Below are positions 10,755 to 20,321 of a stretch of 64,000 bases of DNA, piece by piece. The position numbers and the translations under genes were made by a program. A model generated the notes under the pieces. That model did no database searches. It was not told the DNA's origin and saw only the letters and a list, made by a program, of their open reading frames with translations. Numbering within the stretch: position 1 is the stretch's first letter; every line of letters begins with the position of its first letter. Origin of the DNA: a virus; the IMG/VR virus record IMGVR_UViG_3300035034_002798, positions 32,001-96,000 of that record; one strand, given 5' to 3'.

Positions 10755-11186
10755 CTATACAGCCTGTCTTTTAAGCTTAGACTCCTCATAGTAATCAATA
10801 AACATATCTTTATTAGATTCTGACATAAAAAAGCTTTCAATTTCCTCACAAATACTTATTATATTAAGGTGACTGCCTGCCACACTTGATTTAGACATTC
10901 CTGAGACAACAGGAGAGGAATCTATATCCTCTAAAATTCCCTCGTGAACCTCTTTTTCAACAGCGATAAACTTAAGTACAGTGTTTATAAAATCCCTACC
11001 AGTATCCTTAAAATTGTGATTATTATACACTTCATAATAGTTATCGAGTATCATCTTATTCTCAACTAGAAACTCATAGAAGTTCCTAAGCTGTAATAAT
11101 CTGATATCCTGTATCTTTTGACCAGAAGTCTCATCTAACATTTGATTGTAATCAGATAAAACTGAATCTATAATATCTCCAATCAT
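10755..11186 (-). CDS. Hypothetical protein
   Basis: GGAGGTG SD. Confidence 0.7.
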   Translation of the reverse strand: MIGDIIDSVLSDYNQMLDETSGQKIQDIRLLQLRNFYEFLVENKMILDNYYEVYNNHNFKDTGRDFINTVLKFIAVEKEVHEGILEDIDSSPVVSGMSKSSVAGSHLNIISICEEIESFFMSESNKDMFIDYYEESKLKRQAV

Positions 11187-11255
11187 CTAATTCACCTCCT
11201 TTAGAGTAAATTAATTGTAAAAAAGAAAAATGTTTATTTAATCTAATTTAAACGA

Positions 11256-11311
11256 GCTGGAATAACCAAGACTGTCAAATGGTTTTCTTGACAGTTGCCG
11301 GTTATGGAAGC
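11256..11311. repeat. Conserved intergenic hairpin element, copy 2
   Basis: ataaccaagactGTCAAatggttttcTTGACagttgccggttat. Confidence 0.85.
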
Positions 11312-11411
11312 ATTCTTTTGAACTTATTGGAGAAAGTCAGTGAAAATACTAAAAAGCGATTTAAACTTATTTAGCTTAGTCAGTAATTTATGTTTTTTAT
11401 CATCTTTTTCT

Positions 11412-11891
11412 CTATACAGCGCAATCACTCCTAATATCGAATTTTATTTCTGGATAATCTCTTTTAATTGAGGTATAATTTTTGGTACTTACTACAAGAT
11501 GGTCAATAATCGGAATATTAAGCAGAATACCTGCTTCTATTAAATTCTCAGTAACTCTGATATCATCATCACTTGGCGTACTGCGGTCACTTGTGTGGTT
11601 ATGCGCTAGAACAATTGCCGTTGCATTCATCAAAATAGCGGCCTGAAAAACACTTGAGGTATCAAATATTGCTTTATTGATAGAACCTCTTGAAATTTCC
11701 ATATAACCTATGACATTATTGTTATTATTTAGTCCTACAGCAACCATTATTTCTTTTGGCCGAAGGTCTAATTCGACCTCTCTTACCAGAAAATCATAAA
11801 AACTTGTGGGATCAGTTACCTTATATTCAGCAGACATTTCTTTTTCCTTGACTGGTTTCAATCTCAAGTCATATTCTTTTATCACTCTCAT
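11412..11891 (-). CDS. radC: RadC-like JAB domain protein
   Basis: ISRGSI, LAHNHTS...PSDDD...T..L..AG..L.I..IDH. Confidence 0.9.
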   Translation of the reverse strand: MRVIKEYDLRLKPVKEKEMSAEYKVTDPTSFYDFLVREVELDLRPKEIMVAVGLNNNNNVIGYMEISRGSINKAIFDTSSVFQAAILMNATAIVLAHNHTSDRSTPSDDDIRVTENLIEAGILLNIPIIDHLVVSTKNYTSIKRDYPEIKFDIRSDCAV

Positions 11892-11903
11892 ATTTTCTCC
11901 TTT

Positions 11904-12248
11904 CTAAAAAGGGCAGGTACTTATAGTCTCATTATCTACCTGTACCTGCCGCTCTTTTAAGTCATCATGGTCTGCACGCTGGCCCGGGCCATTGCAACTT
12001 GTCTTATAGATAGAACAATTAGAACAAGAATCAAGGCCGAGAGTAGAGGCCATCTCAACAGTTTTTTGATACGTCTCACAATCCGCCTCACAACAGGGCG
12101 TATCAATATAGCAATTATCACACTTTTTTGAACGTATTTTTCTAAAGTGGCTTGGATGTGAGTCTAGATTGTGTAAAGTTGAGGTGCGGCTAAAAGTCTT
12201 CGGTGGTTTAATCATATACATCGGAGCTCCTTTACCGATAGTATCCAC
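11904..12248 (-). CDS. Cys-rich hypothetical protein
   Basis: Multiple CxxC; the SD-led ATG at 12285 is out of frame by one base. Confidence 0.55.
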   Translation of the reverse strand: MDTIGKGAPMYMIKPPKTFSRTSTLHNLDSHPSHFRKIRSKKCDNCYIDTPCCEADCETYQKTVEMASTLGLDSCSNCSIYKTSCNGPGQRADHDDLKERQVQVDNETISTCPF

Positions 12249-12309
12249 CTTCTTTGTAGTATGCAGTGTGTTGCCAAAATAACATATTATTACCCCCTGT
12301 ATTGTCTGT

Positions 12310-12440
12310 TTAATCTGGTTTTATTGTTTCTATTTTTTCATCACTGATATCCTGATTGCAGTACGGACAAATCCACTCCCCCCCTTTTTTCTTGAGCTGT
12401 AAGATTTATCACCACATTCGGGACATTTTTTCATATACAT
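12310..12440 (-). pseudogene. Small Zn-ribbon gene split by a -1 frameshift
   Basis: CPEC in frame 0, WICPYC in the -1 frame after A_AAA_AAG followed by a G run. Confidence 0.55.
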
Positions 12441-12452
12441 TTTCCTCACCTC

Positions 12453-12914
12453 CTACTTTAATGAATAAATATAAAGTTGCTTATCTGATTCAGAATATAC
12501 GTGTTTTATTATATTCTTAACTTTATTCCAGTCGCCGCCGGCAAGGCCGCAACCGATGAATTTCGGGATAGCAACAGCTCCTTCAAAGCTGTCTCTTAAC
12601 TTAATAAGACATATCTGGAGTGCTTGATAGTCCGTGTATCGTTTATCTCTGCCATATCCATACTGACTAAACATATTGACAACTGCTTTATCGTTCTCAG
12701 TTTCAATTACCTGTATCTTACCTAATAGATCGTCAACCTTATCGTGAGCCATCTTATATTGAGCAAAAACTTCTGGATAGGAGTTTTTTATCTGTTTTGC
12801 AAGTCCTGCACCCATCACACCCTTGCAATTAACCTGGTGAGCGATGGCAACTACATCATCTCTATTGAAAGCACTTAGTAAATCTCCTTTAATATTAGTG
12901 AACAAATGAACCAA
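12453..12914 (-). CDS. Macrodomain ADP-ribose hydrolase (DarG2/Poa1p-like)
   Basis: KGDLL, AHQVNCKGVMGAGLAKQIK, IPKFIGCGLAGGDW. Confidence 0.92.
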   Translation of the reverse strand: MVHLFTNIKGDLLSAFNRDDVVAIAHQVNCKGVMGAGLAKQIKNSYPEVFAQYKMAHDKVDDLLGKIQVIETENDKAVVNMFSQYGYGRDKRYTDYQALQICLIKLRDSFEGAVAIPKFIGCGLAGGDWNKVKNIIKHVYSESDKQLYIYSLK

Positions 12915-12949
12915 CTCCTTAAAATATTTTATTAATCTACCCTAAATAA

Positions 12950-13007
12950 ACCGAAAACGACCAAGACTGTCAAATGGTTTTCTTGACAGTAGCCGGCCGT
13001 TGTAGGT
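12950..13007. repeat. Conserved intergenic hairpin element, copy 3
   Basis: aacgaccaagactGTCAAatggttttcTTGACagtagccggccgtt. Confidence 0.85.
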
Positions 13008-13013
13008 AGGTCT

Positions 13014-15041
13014 TTACCAACTTGTATATGAAAGCTCCTTGTTTTCCGTCCATTCATTGACAAAATCTAACGCGTCTTCTGGTGGTTTATTGTTGTGCTT
13101 TGATTTGACCTGCACAACATCATCTCCTCTTACTTCAACTGTTGCGACTCTCTCGTTGTCTTTAGTTCTTAAAAAGTAAATCTTACATGAACCCCGAGCC
13201 AGCATCTTATCGTATGTGCCAACGCAATGACCCATTTCCATTCCCTCTTTGCTCAACTCTTCTAGTGATTGAGGAGTTTTAATCACATAATGGTCACCAT
13301 CAAACTCTAGTTTCTTGTTTTCTTCATATCTTTCATTATAGGCTTTGTTTAATCTTTTATTTTTGTTCTTGTTATAAAGGTCGGTTAAATTGTCATGAAT
13401 ATCTACAAGTTCAGATACAGAATAAGAAATTATGTCTAAATTCAAATCCATACCTTCTTGTATTAAGTCCTCATATATTCTATATGAATCTCTATATAGA
13501 TACATATCGTTATCAGAAAAGATTTTGTGTAATTTACTCTTAATCATTGTCATATCACCATTGTAATATCTAAGTAAATCTTTAAATAACTGTTTATTAT
13601 AAGTATCATAAGTAGATTCAAATACGTCATCATCTTCGATATCATCGTCTAATATAAATTTACGAAAAAACTTAATAAACTTTTTCATTTGTTTAGAATT
13701 AATTATATCTCTACCATTATCGAGACCAAACAATTTATAGATTTCAAGAGAAGTAAGGAAACCATCATAACTTCTAATATAGTAGTTTTTAGTTATCTCT
13801 CTCAAAAGAGGTTTAGTTATCTCTCTGTTAAAAATAGTAGATAGTACTTTTTCTGGTGCTCCTGTAAAATCACCTCTGGGGTAGTTCTCAAGCATTGAAA
13901 GTACTATAAAATCAATAAGAAGTTTGTTATCTACATTATCGTATATAAACTGCAGTAGATCCTTTAACTCTGGATTTCTATTTATTACAGCTAAATAGTG
14001 AGGTAATTTTCTTATTATAGTTTGATTGATTTTCTCCATAGACGGAATCTTTCTAAAAGGTTCAACTACCTCAGTTTTGGCTGATTTGTCAGTAAAGACA
14101 GAATCAATAGCACTTTCTATGAATTCTACTTTAAACTTTTTCCTAGCAAATGCTCTATATAATTGAATCTTTTCGGTATCACCAACATAAGTACTATGAT
14201 GTGTTTTAAGGGCACGAACTCTGAATTGCTGATATTCGTGATTTTTAAATAGATAGAAACTTCGTCCGCTTTTTAAATTTAATACTATTTTGTTGTGATA
14301 TTTTATTTCAAAGTATCTTTTACCACTCTTTATATTATAGCCAGATTCCAATCTCTTAGATGACACCTTAATTTTACTACCATCTTCGAAAAAATCTTGA
14401 TAAGCTTCAACGCTTTGTGGTGTAGGGTTCTGTACCAATTGCTTAAAGTTAGAATTCAAGCACTCTGAACAGACTGTCTTTATACGGTGTCGCTTCAAAT
14501 CGCCATCCATTAAAACTCCGTGTATTTTTACCCCCCGGGTTTTAACCTCATCTTCATGTCCACAAGAACAAAAATAGTGGGACTCCATTAATCTTTCAGA
14601 AACATTATAATGCTTATATGATATAGAGTAAGTTCTATCCTTTGTATCTGATAGCCTAACATCGAACGATAAAAGCTTTTTTATAAATAATTCATACAAA
14701 TTTTTTCTAAAGTTAATTCTTATTTCTTTTTCACTGTTATAATAGTGATTAACTTCAGCATTATCTTCTTTAAAACGGTCTAGATAAGTCATAAACCTCT
14801 TGAATACGTCAAATATTTTTCTTGGTTTTATCTTCTTTATTATTTCAATAAGTTCTACCTCTTGAGATACGAGACTTATTTTTTTATAAATGTCAGTGCT
14901 GCTGTCTAAACCGCTCAGAAGAGATAACATTGTAGCTTTTGTTACTTTTTTGATGTTATTTTTGCAATTGTCTTTATCACAATAATGCATTAGAGCCTCA
15001 CCAAAACCCTCTTCGCCAATATAAAGCGCTTGAATGTCCAT
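13014..15041 (-). CDS. PcfJ domain-containing protein
   Basis: C-terminal PQSLEELSKEGMEMGHCVGTY...IYFLR...ATVEV...VQVKSKHN. Confidence 0.85.
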   Translation of the reverse strand: MDIQALYIGEEGFGEALMHYCDKDNCKNNIKKVTKATMLSLLSGLDSSTDIYKKISLVSQEVELIEIIKKIKPRKIFDVFKRFMTYLDRFKEDNAEVNHYYNSEKEIRINFRKNLYELFIKKLLSFDVRLSDTKDRTYSISYKHYNVSERLMESHYFCSCGHEDEVKTRGVKIHGVLMDGDLKRHRIKTVCSECLNSNFKQLVQNPTPQSVEAYQDFFEDGSKIKVSSKRLESGYNIKSGKRYFEIKYHNKIVLNLKSGRSFYLFKNHEYQQFRVRALKTHHSTYVGDTEKIQLYRAFARKKFKVEFIESAIDSVFTDKSAKTEVVEPFRKIPSMEKINQTIIRKLPHYLAVINRNPELKDLLQFIYDNVDNKLLIDFIVLSMLENYPRGDFTGAPEKVLSTIFNREITKPLLREITKNYYIRSYDGFLTSLEIYKLFGLDNGRDIINSKQMKKFIKFFRKFILDDDIEDDDVFESTYDTYNKQLFKDLLRYYNGDMTMIKSKLHKIFSDNDMYLYRDSYRIYEDLIQEGMDLNLDIISYSVSELVDIHDNLTDLYNKNKNKRLNKAYNERYEENKKLEFDGDHYVIKTPQSLEELSKEGMEMGHCVGTYDKMLARGSCKIYFLRTKDNERVATVEVRGDDVVQVKSKHNNKPPEDALDFVNEWTENKELSYTSW

Positions 15042-15190
15042 TGTTTAAGCACTCCTTTCATTTTCGTATAAGAATTCCTGTTTGATATTTTCTAATCATA
15101 CTATCCTGCTTTTATATTATTAAAGAAACATGATTGTTTAGTATTAAAATATTAAGTTATTATAATAATTTAATATTTTAGTAACAAAGT

Positions 15191-15216
15191 AAACCCCGCT
15201 AATTAAAGCGGGGTTC
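15191..15216. terminator. Intrinsic terminator-like hairpin
   Basis: aaccccgct-aattaa-agcggggtt with A/T flanks, after YopX. Confidence 0.6.
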
Positions 15217-15225
15217 TTTTATATA

Positions 15226-15609
15226 TTATTTAATTATTTTTACAGCATCATTAACCGTAAAACATTTTAGATATAGTTTTGTTCTATTTATTGAACTGTC
15301 AATATCATAAACTGGCTCATTAAATTTAACATCAAAACAACCATCGCTAAAAATAATCTTACCTTCTATCCAATTGCCCTTGTGATTTAAAGCAAGCGTG
15401 TTTATTTTAACTTCATCTTTATTGTATATTCTGTTATCCCTTTTATCCTTCATGCCTGTGTATTGACCCACAGTTTCGGGAATAACTTCATTTTCTTTTG
15501 TGTCTATATATACTTTGCCGTCACGACCGTGTATTAGATCACCATATACATAATGACCAAGCTCTTTGTGTTTGCCCTTGAAATGTATTTCATCTATTTC
15601 CATTTTCAT
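15226..15609 (-). CDS. YopX family protein
   Basis: FKGK...YVYGDL...VIPETVGQYTGMKDK...IY..D. Confidence 0.9.
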   Translation of the reverse strand: MKMEIDEIHFKGKHKELGHYVYGDLIHGRDGKVYIDTKENEVIPETVGQYTGMKDKRDNRIYNKDEVKINTLALNHKGNWIEGKIIFSDGCFDVKFNEPVYDIDSSINRTKLYLKCFTVNDAVKIIK

Positions 15610-15811
15610 TTATAATCACCCTTTGCATTGTTTAGAAGAACTAACATTTTTTATTATTTGATTTATTCTTTCTTTATATATTTTTATTCTTTTTTCTGAA
15701 TCAGGTTTTTTTCTGATAGGTGGGTATAAACATATCAAAACCAGATAAAAAACTACTGAAGGTTATCATTAACATCATCTCCTAATAATTTTATTTAATT
15801 CAACTATCACA

Positions 15812-15870
15812 TACCTGTGTGAGCAAGTTCGTCAAACGGTCTTCTTGACGAGCACAGCTCTAAACAGGTA
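15812..15870. repeat. Conserved intergenic hairpin element, copy 4
   Basis: tacctgt..gagcaagttcGTCAAacggtcttcTTGACgagcacagctc..acaggta. Confidence 0.85.
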
Positions 15871-15872
15871 GA

Positions 15873-16505
15873 TTAGTTTTTGACCTTTTTGCGGATACTA
15901 TTTAAGTTTAAATTCCATACAGGGATGCGATCCTGTACTTTTTCTGATAGGTACTGTGGTCCATCTCTGAAAATAGCAATAAAAACTGTGTTATTTGTTT
16001 TAACATTGATAATTGAGTTAAATTCGTGCTCTCTATGCCGAAGGCCGTCTATATAGTCAGCTCTATCTGGGTCTTCGATAGTTTCGCTGGCCCAGGCATA
16101 CTGGGCATTTGATATATTAGAGTTTCTTAAAGCCTGCTTGGCGTCCTCAACAATCTCATCTGATCTTGAAGCATGTTCAACTATAAATGCCTTATCATAA
16201 GCTTCTACCTTTTCCAGTTTATTTCTGATATACATATTTTCATCGGAAATGGTGCGCGGCAGAACAACAACAAACTTGGCATTCATATTCATTAAAGCTT
16301 CCATAAAGTGTATAGACTGACTAATAGCTGGAAGAGCAAACACATAACCCTGATTGTGCAACTGTCCCAACTTAGACATAATAGGCTTTCTAATTAATTG
16401 ATACTCCCTGTAAGAGATACGGGGCAGGTCGATTACACACCAGTTAGAATATTTTCTTGTTAAGGAACCTAGTCCATCATTTGTTGAATACTGAGTATAA
16501 GCCAT
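15873..16505 (-). CDS. Hypothetical protein
   Basis: 210-aa ORF, AAGGAGG SD. Confidence 0.75.
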   Translation of the reverse strand: MAYTQYSTNDGLGSLTRKYSNWCVIDLPRISYREYQLIRKPIMSKLGQLHNQGYVFALPAISQSIHFMEALMNMNAKFVVVLPRTISDENMYIRNKLEKVEAYDKAFIVEHASRSDEIVEDAKQALRNSNISNAQYAWASETIEDPDRADYIDGLRHREHEFNSIINVKTNNTVFIAIFRDGPQYLSEKVQDRIPVWNLNLNSIRKKVKN

Positions 16506-16569
16506 TTTAATTCCTCCTTATAATATTTGCCCCCGAGTAGATAAAACCCGAGGGCGCAGACAAGGTAAA

Positions 16570-17421
16570 CTATGCAGCCATCAACTTAACTGTGTTCTCT
16601 AAATAAAACTTAAAGTCGCTCCAGTGATAACCTGGTAGAGCAAGTAACTCCCTTAAGTCTCTATCAACAACTAATCTCATATCAACCAACTGTTTAAGAT
16701 ACTTTGTTTTATCTAACTCCTCAGAATGAACTGTGTCTCCCTTATAGGTAAAGGTAAACTTTAAGACGTCTCTTAACTCATCATGCATTAAGTTAACATC
16801 AACTACGTTTTCATCTTTATTGAGAATTTCATCTTCCTGTATAAGTTCAACAATTTTACTTAGCTCTTCAACTAATGCATTTTCATCATTCATATAAGGC
16901 TCAAGCTCGGGTTCGGAGTAGAGCTGATATAATGAATCTTGACCATCAATGAAAGACTGAATTAAATCAGATAACTTAATCTCTTTTGCAGTAGCGATAG
17001 TTTTAAATGAAATCTGTTCTTCTGATTCTGAGATTACCTTTTCTAAGATGTCTTTATGATGCTGGACGGTAAATAATTCCTCGTTCTCCTCAACAAATGA
17101 ATCATCATAAACTGATTTAGATAGCTCTAAAGACTGTTCTGATACCTTTATATCGATTGTTTCATCTTCACTGAGACCAGGATTAAAGTTACTAAGACTT
17201 ACTTTATAACTATTTCCATCCTCTGTTATAAGTGTCTTACCAATCTGATTTTCATTAGTAAGCAATAAAAGCATAGGAACCATATCAAATCCGCCATAAA
17301 CACCAACAGAATCTTCAGCCATCTCTTCAGGTAAAAGACCACTCTCTTTATTTGTCTTAATTGCGTCCATCCAACCTTCAAAAAACTCTTTTACATTAAC
17401 ATTCTTTATCATAATTATCAT
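16570..17421 (-). CDS. Acidic hypothetical protein
   Basis: 283-aa ORF with SD. Confidence 0.75.
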   Translation of the reverse strand: MIIMIKNVNVKEFFEGWMDAIKTNKESGLLPEEMAEDSVGVYGGFDMVPMLLLLTNENQIGKTLITEDGNSYKVSLSNFNPGLSEDETIDIKVSEQSLELSKSVYDDSFVEENEELFTVQHHKDILEKVISESEEQISFKTIATAKEIKLSDLIQSFIDGQDSLYQLYSEPELEPYMNDENALVEELSKIVELIQEDEILNKDENVVDVNLMHDELRDVLKFTFTYKGDTVHSEELDKTKYLKQLVDMRLVVDRDLRELLALPGYHWSDFKFYLENTVKLMAA

Positions 17422-17436
17422 CTCCTATAAGTATTT

Positions 17437-17778
17437 TTAGTTACTAAAAGCTCTTCTCTTCTTTTCAGCTATCGCTTTTTCAGTGAGTTCATAAACAGGT
17501 GCAACAACATATCCACTCGTGATTTCATCGATTCTTTCATCTTTGATAACTTCAGCCTTTATCAACGCTTTTGCCATCCCTTCATTCTCGCTCCAATTCT
17601 TGATAGCGACCTGGTGACCGGGAAGGTTGACAAGATTGACAGTTGCCGTTGTGAAAGGCATACCTTCTTCTACGGTTGTGAGAGTTATTGCGACGTTATC
17701 GTTTTCTACATAGTGACTGAAATTGACATCACAAAGCTCTCCATGATAATCCACAACTATTTCGGACATAATTAACAA
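17437..17778 (-). CDS. DUF4313-like hypothetical protein
   Basis: Y..NDNVAI.L...EGMPFTTATVNL...AIKNWSENEG. Confidence 0.65.
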   Translation of the reverse strand: MLIMSEIVVDYHGELCDVNFSHYVENDNVAITLTTVEEGMPFTTATVNLVNLPGHQVAIKNWSENEGMAKALIKAEVIKDERIDEITSGYVVAPVYELTEKAIAEKKRRAFSN

Positions 17779-17817
17779 CTCCTTTATAAGATAGTTAAAT
17801 TAATCTAACTTTAACAA

Positions 17818-17876
17818 ACCCTCGCGAGCAAGCCTGTCAAATGATCTTCTTGACAGGCGCCGCGAAGTCGAAGGGT
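17818..17876. repeat. Conserved intergenic hairpin element, copy 5
   Basis: accct..gcaagcctGTCAAatgatcttcTTGACaggcgcc..agggt. Confidence 0.85.
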
Positions 17877-17886
17877 AGAACTAGAT

Positions 17887-18591
17887 TTAGCTGGCGTTTT
17901 GAAATTCTTCGGGAGGTCTTAAGTCTGGTGGAACGGCATGTATTAGCTCTCCATTTATGATATAACCTTCGGTGCAGGATGGGTTATCAAATACTAAATA
18001 CTGTTCATCATTGTATCTAGCAAGTGTCCAGCTCCTGTGCTCAATAGAATACATGACGCGGCGGCAGTGGTCAGAATTATAATCAAACTCTAAGTGACCA
18101 AACCCTATATTAAACTCCTTTGGTGGCCACTGTTCATTCTCGTTTATCACCTTAGCCATATACTCAGCCACTTCCTTTATCTCAAAGTCTATATAGTCAA
18201 GTAAGTCCTTTTCATTAGGACCCTGAACAAAGTCTAAAAAGGCTTCACTCTTCCAGTCACCATTCTCTGTGTCGAAGACCATCAACTTCTTTGGTGTTTC
18301 CATAGTATATCTGGCAATAAGTGATGCAGTACCTGTCAAAGGACTAGAAATACTGCCTACTAGAATAACCTGTGTCGAATAATCTATTAACTGAATAATA
18401 TAATCTTTGTCACTACCATCTGGCTGGTGACTATCATTGAAATTAGCATAGATACTATCTATTACGTCTGATTGGATTTCGGGGACCACAACCTTGCGAT
18501 CACCTTTTTGTCCTAAATTGTTCAAAATACCCTTACAATAATTAATAATCTTGTCTGATTTACCCATTGGGAACACTATAACTCTTTCCAT
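17887..18591 (-). CDS. Hypothetical protein
   Basis: 234-aa ORF with SD. Confidence 0.75.
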   Translation of the reverse strand: MERVIVFPMGKSDKIINYCKGILNNLGQKGDRKVVVPEIQSDVIDSIYANFNDSHQPDGSDKDYIIQLIDYSTQVILVGSISSPLTGTASLIARYTMETPKKLMVFDTENGDWKSEAFLDFVQGPNEKDLLDYIDFEIKEVAEYMAKVINENEQWPPKEFNIGFGHLEFDYNSDHCRRVMYSIEHRSWTLARYNDEQYLVFDNPSCTEGYIINGELIHAVPPDLRPPEEFQNAS

Positions 18592-18683
18592 TTATATCCT
18601 TCCTTTCTTTATTTAGGAACTATTTAATGCCAACAAGGCCATTTTTAAGCAATTATTCGAAGTTTTTAACGTCATAACATGAT

Positions 18684-18738
18684 TTGGTTAGTATCGACTT
18701 GACAAAATGGGGGTTTTTGACGGTATTATATAAATAGA
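18684..18738 (+). promoter_or_regulatory. Conserved promoter motif, copy A (TTGACA-N19-TATTAT)
   Basis: TGGTTAG..cgacTTGACAaaa-N16-TATTATataaataga; matches copies at 28762 and 30799. Confidence 0.7.
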
Positions 18739-19090
18739 GCGTCACTTTTCTGGGAAAAGGACTTTGGTCTTAATTCTTAGGCCTTTCGAGTTCTGTGATT
18801 TGAAAGTCTCCAGAAAACACAACACTGACGCTTTAACGAATTTGATATCAGAACTAAAGACGTTACTTGAACTTAGTTAATCAGTTATTGAACGATTTAT
18901 TGACAACTACCTAAAATGGGAGAGGTGTACTAAGAGGAGTGTCCTCTCAGACTCTTACATTCAGGGATAAATCCCTAAAAACCCTGGACTCATTGTTAAA
19001 AAGGGAGGGCGCGCAATAGCAGGTACACAAAAGTAACATTCAGATAGAGATCCCTTCTTAGGTGAAACCCTCTCCCCTTTCAATTGCGAT
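18739..19090 (+). ncRNA. Candidate structured non-coding RNA
   Basis: No ORF of 60 aa or more; many nested complementary segments; starts right after the conserved promoter. Confidence 0.45.
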
Positions 19091-19319
19091 TGTTTTCCCC
19101 TGTCCCTTAACTATAATACCAGTGTATCATTTCTGTAATACATAATCAATAGTCATAACATAACTTATATACCTATCTCGTAATACAACCAAAAAGCCCG
19201 GCGCGGCAGGGAACATTATAACCATACTCTTGATTCTCCTTCTAATAGTGGTACTACTAACTCTACTAAGGATACTAAGGATACTAGCCAACTAGCCACT
19301 ACTAACTCACCCCCCAATA

Positions 19320-19430
19320 CTGCTTGCACTTGCACTTGTACCAGTAACTGTACCAGCACCTACACTTACACAATTGCTTACAATGTTACCAACACTTACA
19401 CTTGCGATTACATCTCCACTCACAATAATG
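19320..19430 (-). repeat. Hexamer-periodic array (inverted copy of the par centromere-like repeats)
   Basis: tgcacttgcacttgtaccagtaactgtaccagcacc... is the reverse complement of CAAGTG/CTGGTA-type units at 26.1-26.5 kb. Confidence 0.6.
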
Positions 19431-19623
19431 AATACAGACCAACCTGTTCCCTATTACACATCACTAAGAATACGACTGTCTCTCCCCGTCACACCTCACT
19501 ATTATTTAAGAGATGACTGTGACACGACACTTACTCTCCTTCGTATCGACTAATGTTGTCACTACCTATTCAATCACCTCATAACTAGATGTAACCACAA
19601 CTTATATAGATGAAAAGAACAAT

Positions 19624-19728
19624 TAATATAGGAGTAACTAAACCTGTAATATATGGGTAACTAGACCTGCTCCCTTAATATAGGGGTAACAATTAATATA
19701 TGGGTAACTAGTAATATAGGGGTAACTA
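19624..19728 (+). repeat. Five 17-bp iteron-like direct repeats TAATATAKGRGTAACWA
   Basis: Copies at 19624, 19647, 19676, 19694, 19712. Confidence 0.8.
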
Positions 19729-19850
19729 GACCTGCTCCCTCCGGCCTCGGCGAATCTTCCCCCTAATACGGCTATACGAGATTAGCACGCTAGAGGGTCA
19801 TATGAGCGAGACCAGAGTTGAGAGGCTTCAATATATAGCTTAGATGCTAA

Positions 19851-20321
19851 CTAGTCCTTAAGCAGGCGCTCACGGACGAGAGAGAGTATATATCCCATCT
19901 TCGCTTTGTCCCTGTAGGTTTCCTGTGGGAATAGTTTCTTGCCATCATAGTCTATATTAATCGTGAAGCTAGTTTTGGTATCTCTTCTAGGGTTATAAAT
20001 CGAACCTTGTACGCGTGCCAGGCCTGAGGCAGGGTGTCTCCCTAGGGCGTCGGCAAGTTTAGACTGGTCTATATTAACACTTTCGAGCTTAATATCCTCC
20101 TGAAAGGCTCTACCTGAGCTGAAAGCTAGGTACCAGGGTTTATTTTCGGGCTTAGAGGCCACTTTGGTGCATTCATCTAAGAACACACGCATAGTATTAC
20201 CCTCACTTGTAGTAACGGGTAGTACATAGTGACCAAAGGTGCTATTATAGAACGGATTACCTTCTACTTTATATTTACCTCTCCAGCCTTCTACCTTCAC
20301 TGTATCGTTTTTAGTAATCAT
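19851..20321 (-). CDS. Hypothetical protein
   Basis: 156-aa ORF with SD. Confidence 0.7.
   Translation of the reverse strand: MITKNDTVKVEGWRGKYKVEGNPFYNSTFGHYVLPVTTSEGNTMRVFLDECTKVASKPENKPWYLAFSSGRAFQEDIKLESVNIDQSKLADALGRHPASGLARVQGSIYNPRRDTKTSFTINIDYDGKKLFPQETYRDKAKMGYILSLVRERLLKD

Noticed and set aside
19624-19728. Possible mini-CRISPR array
   Set aside because: Repeats are only 17 bp with 1-12 bp gaps, which fits iterons better
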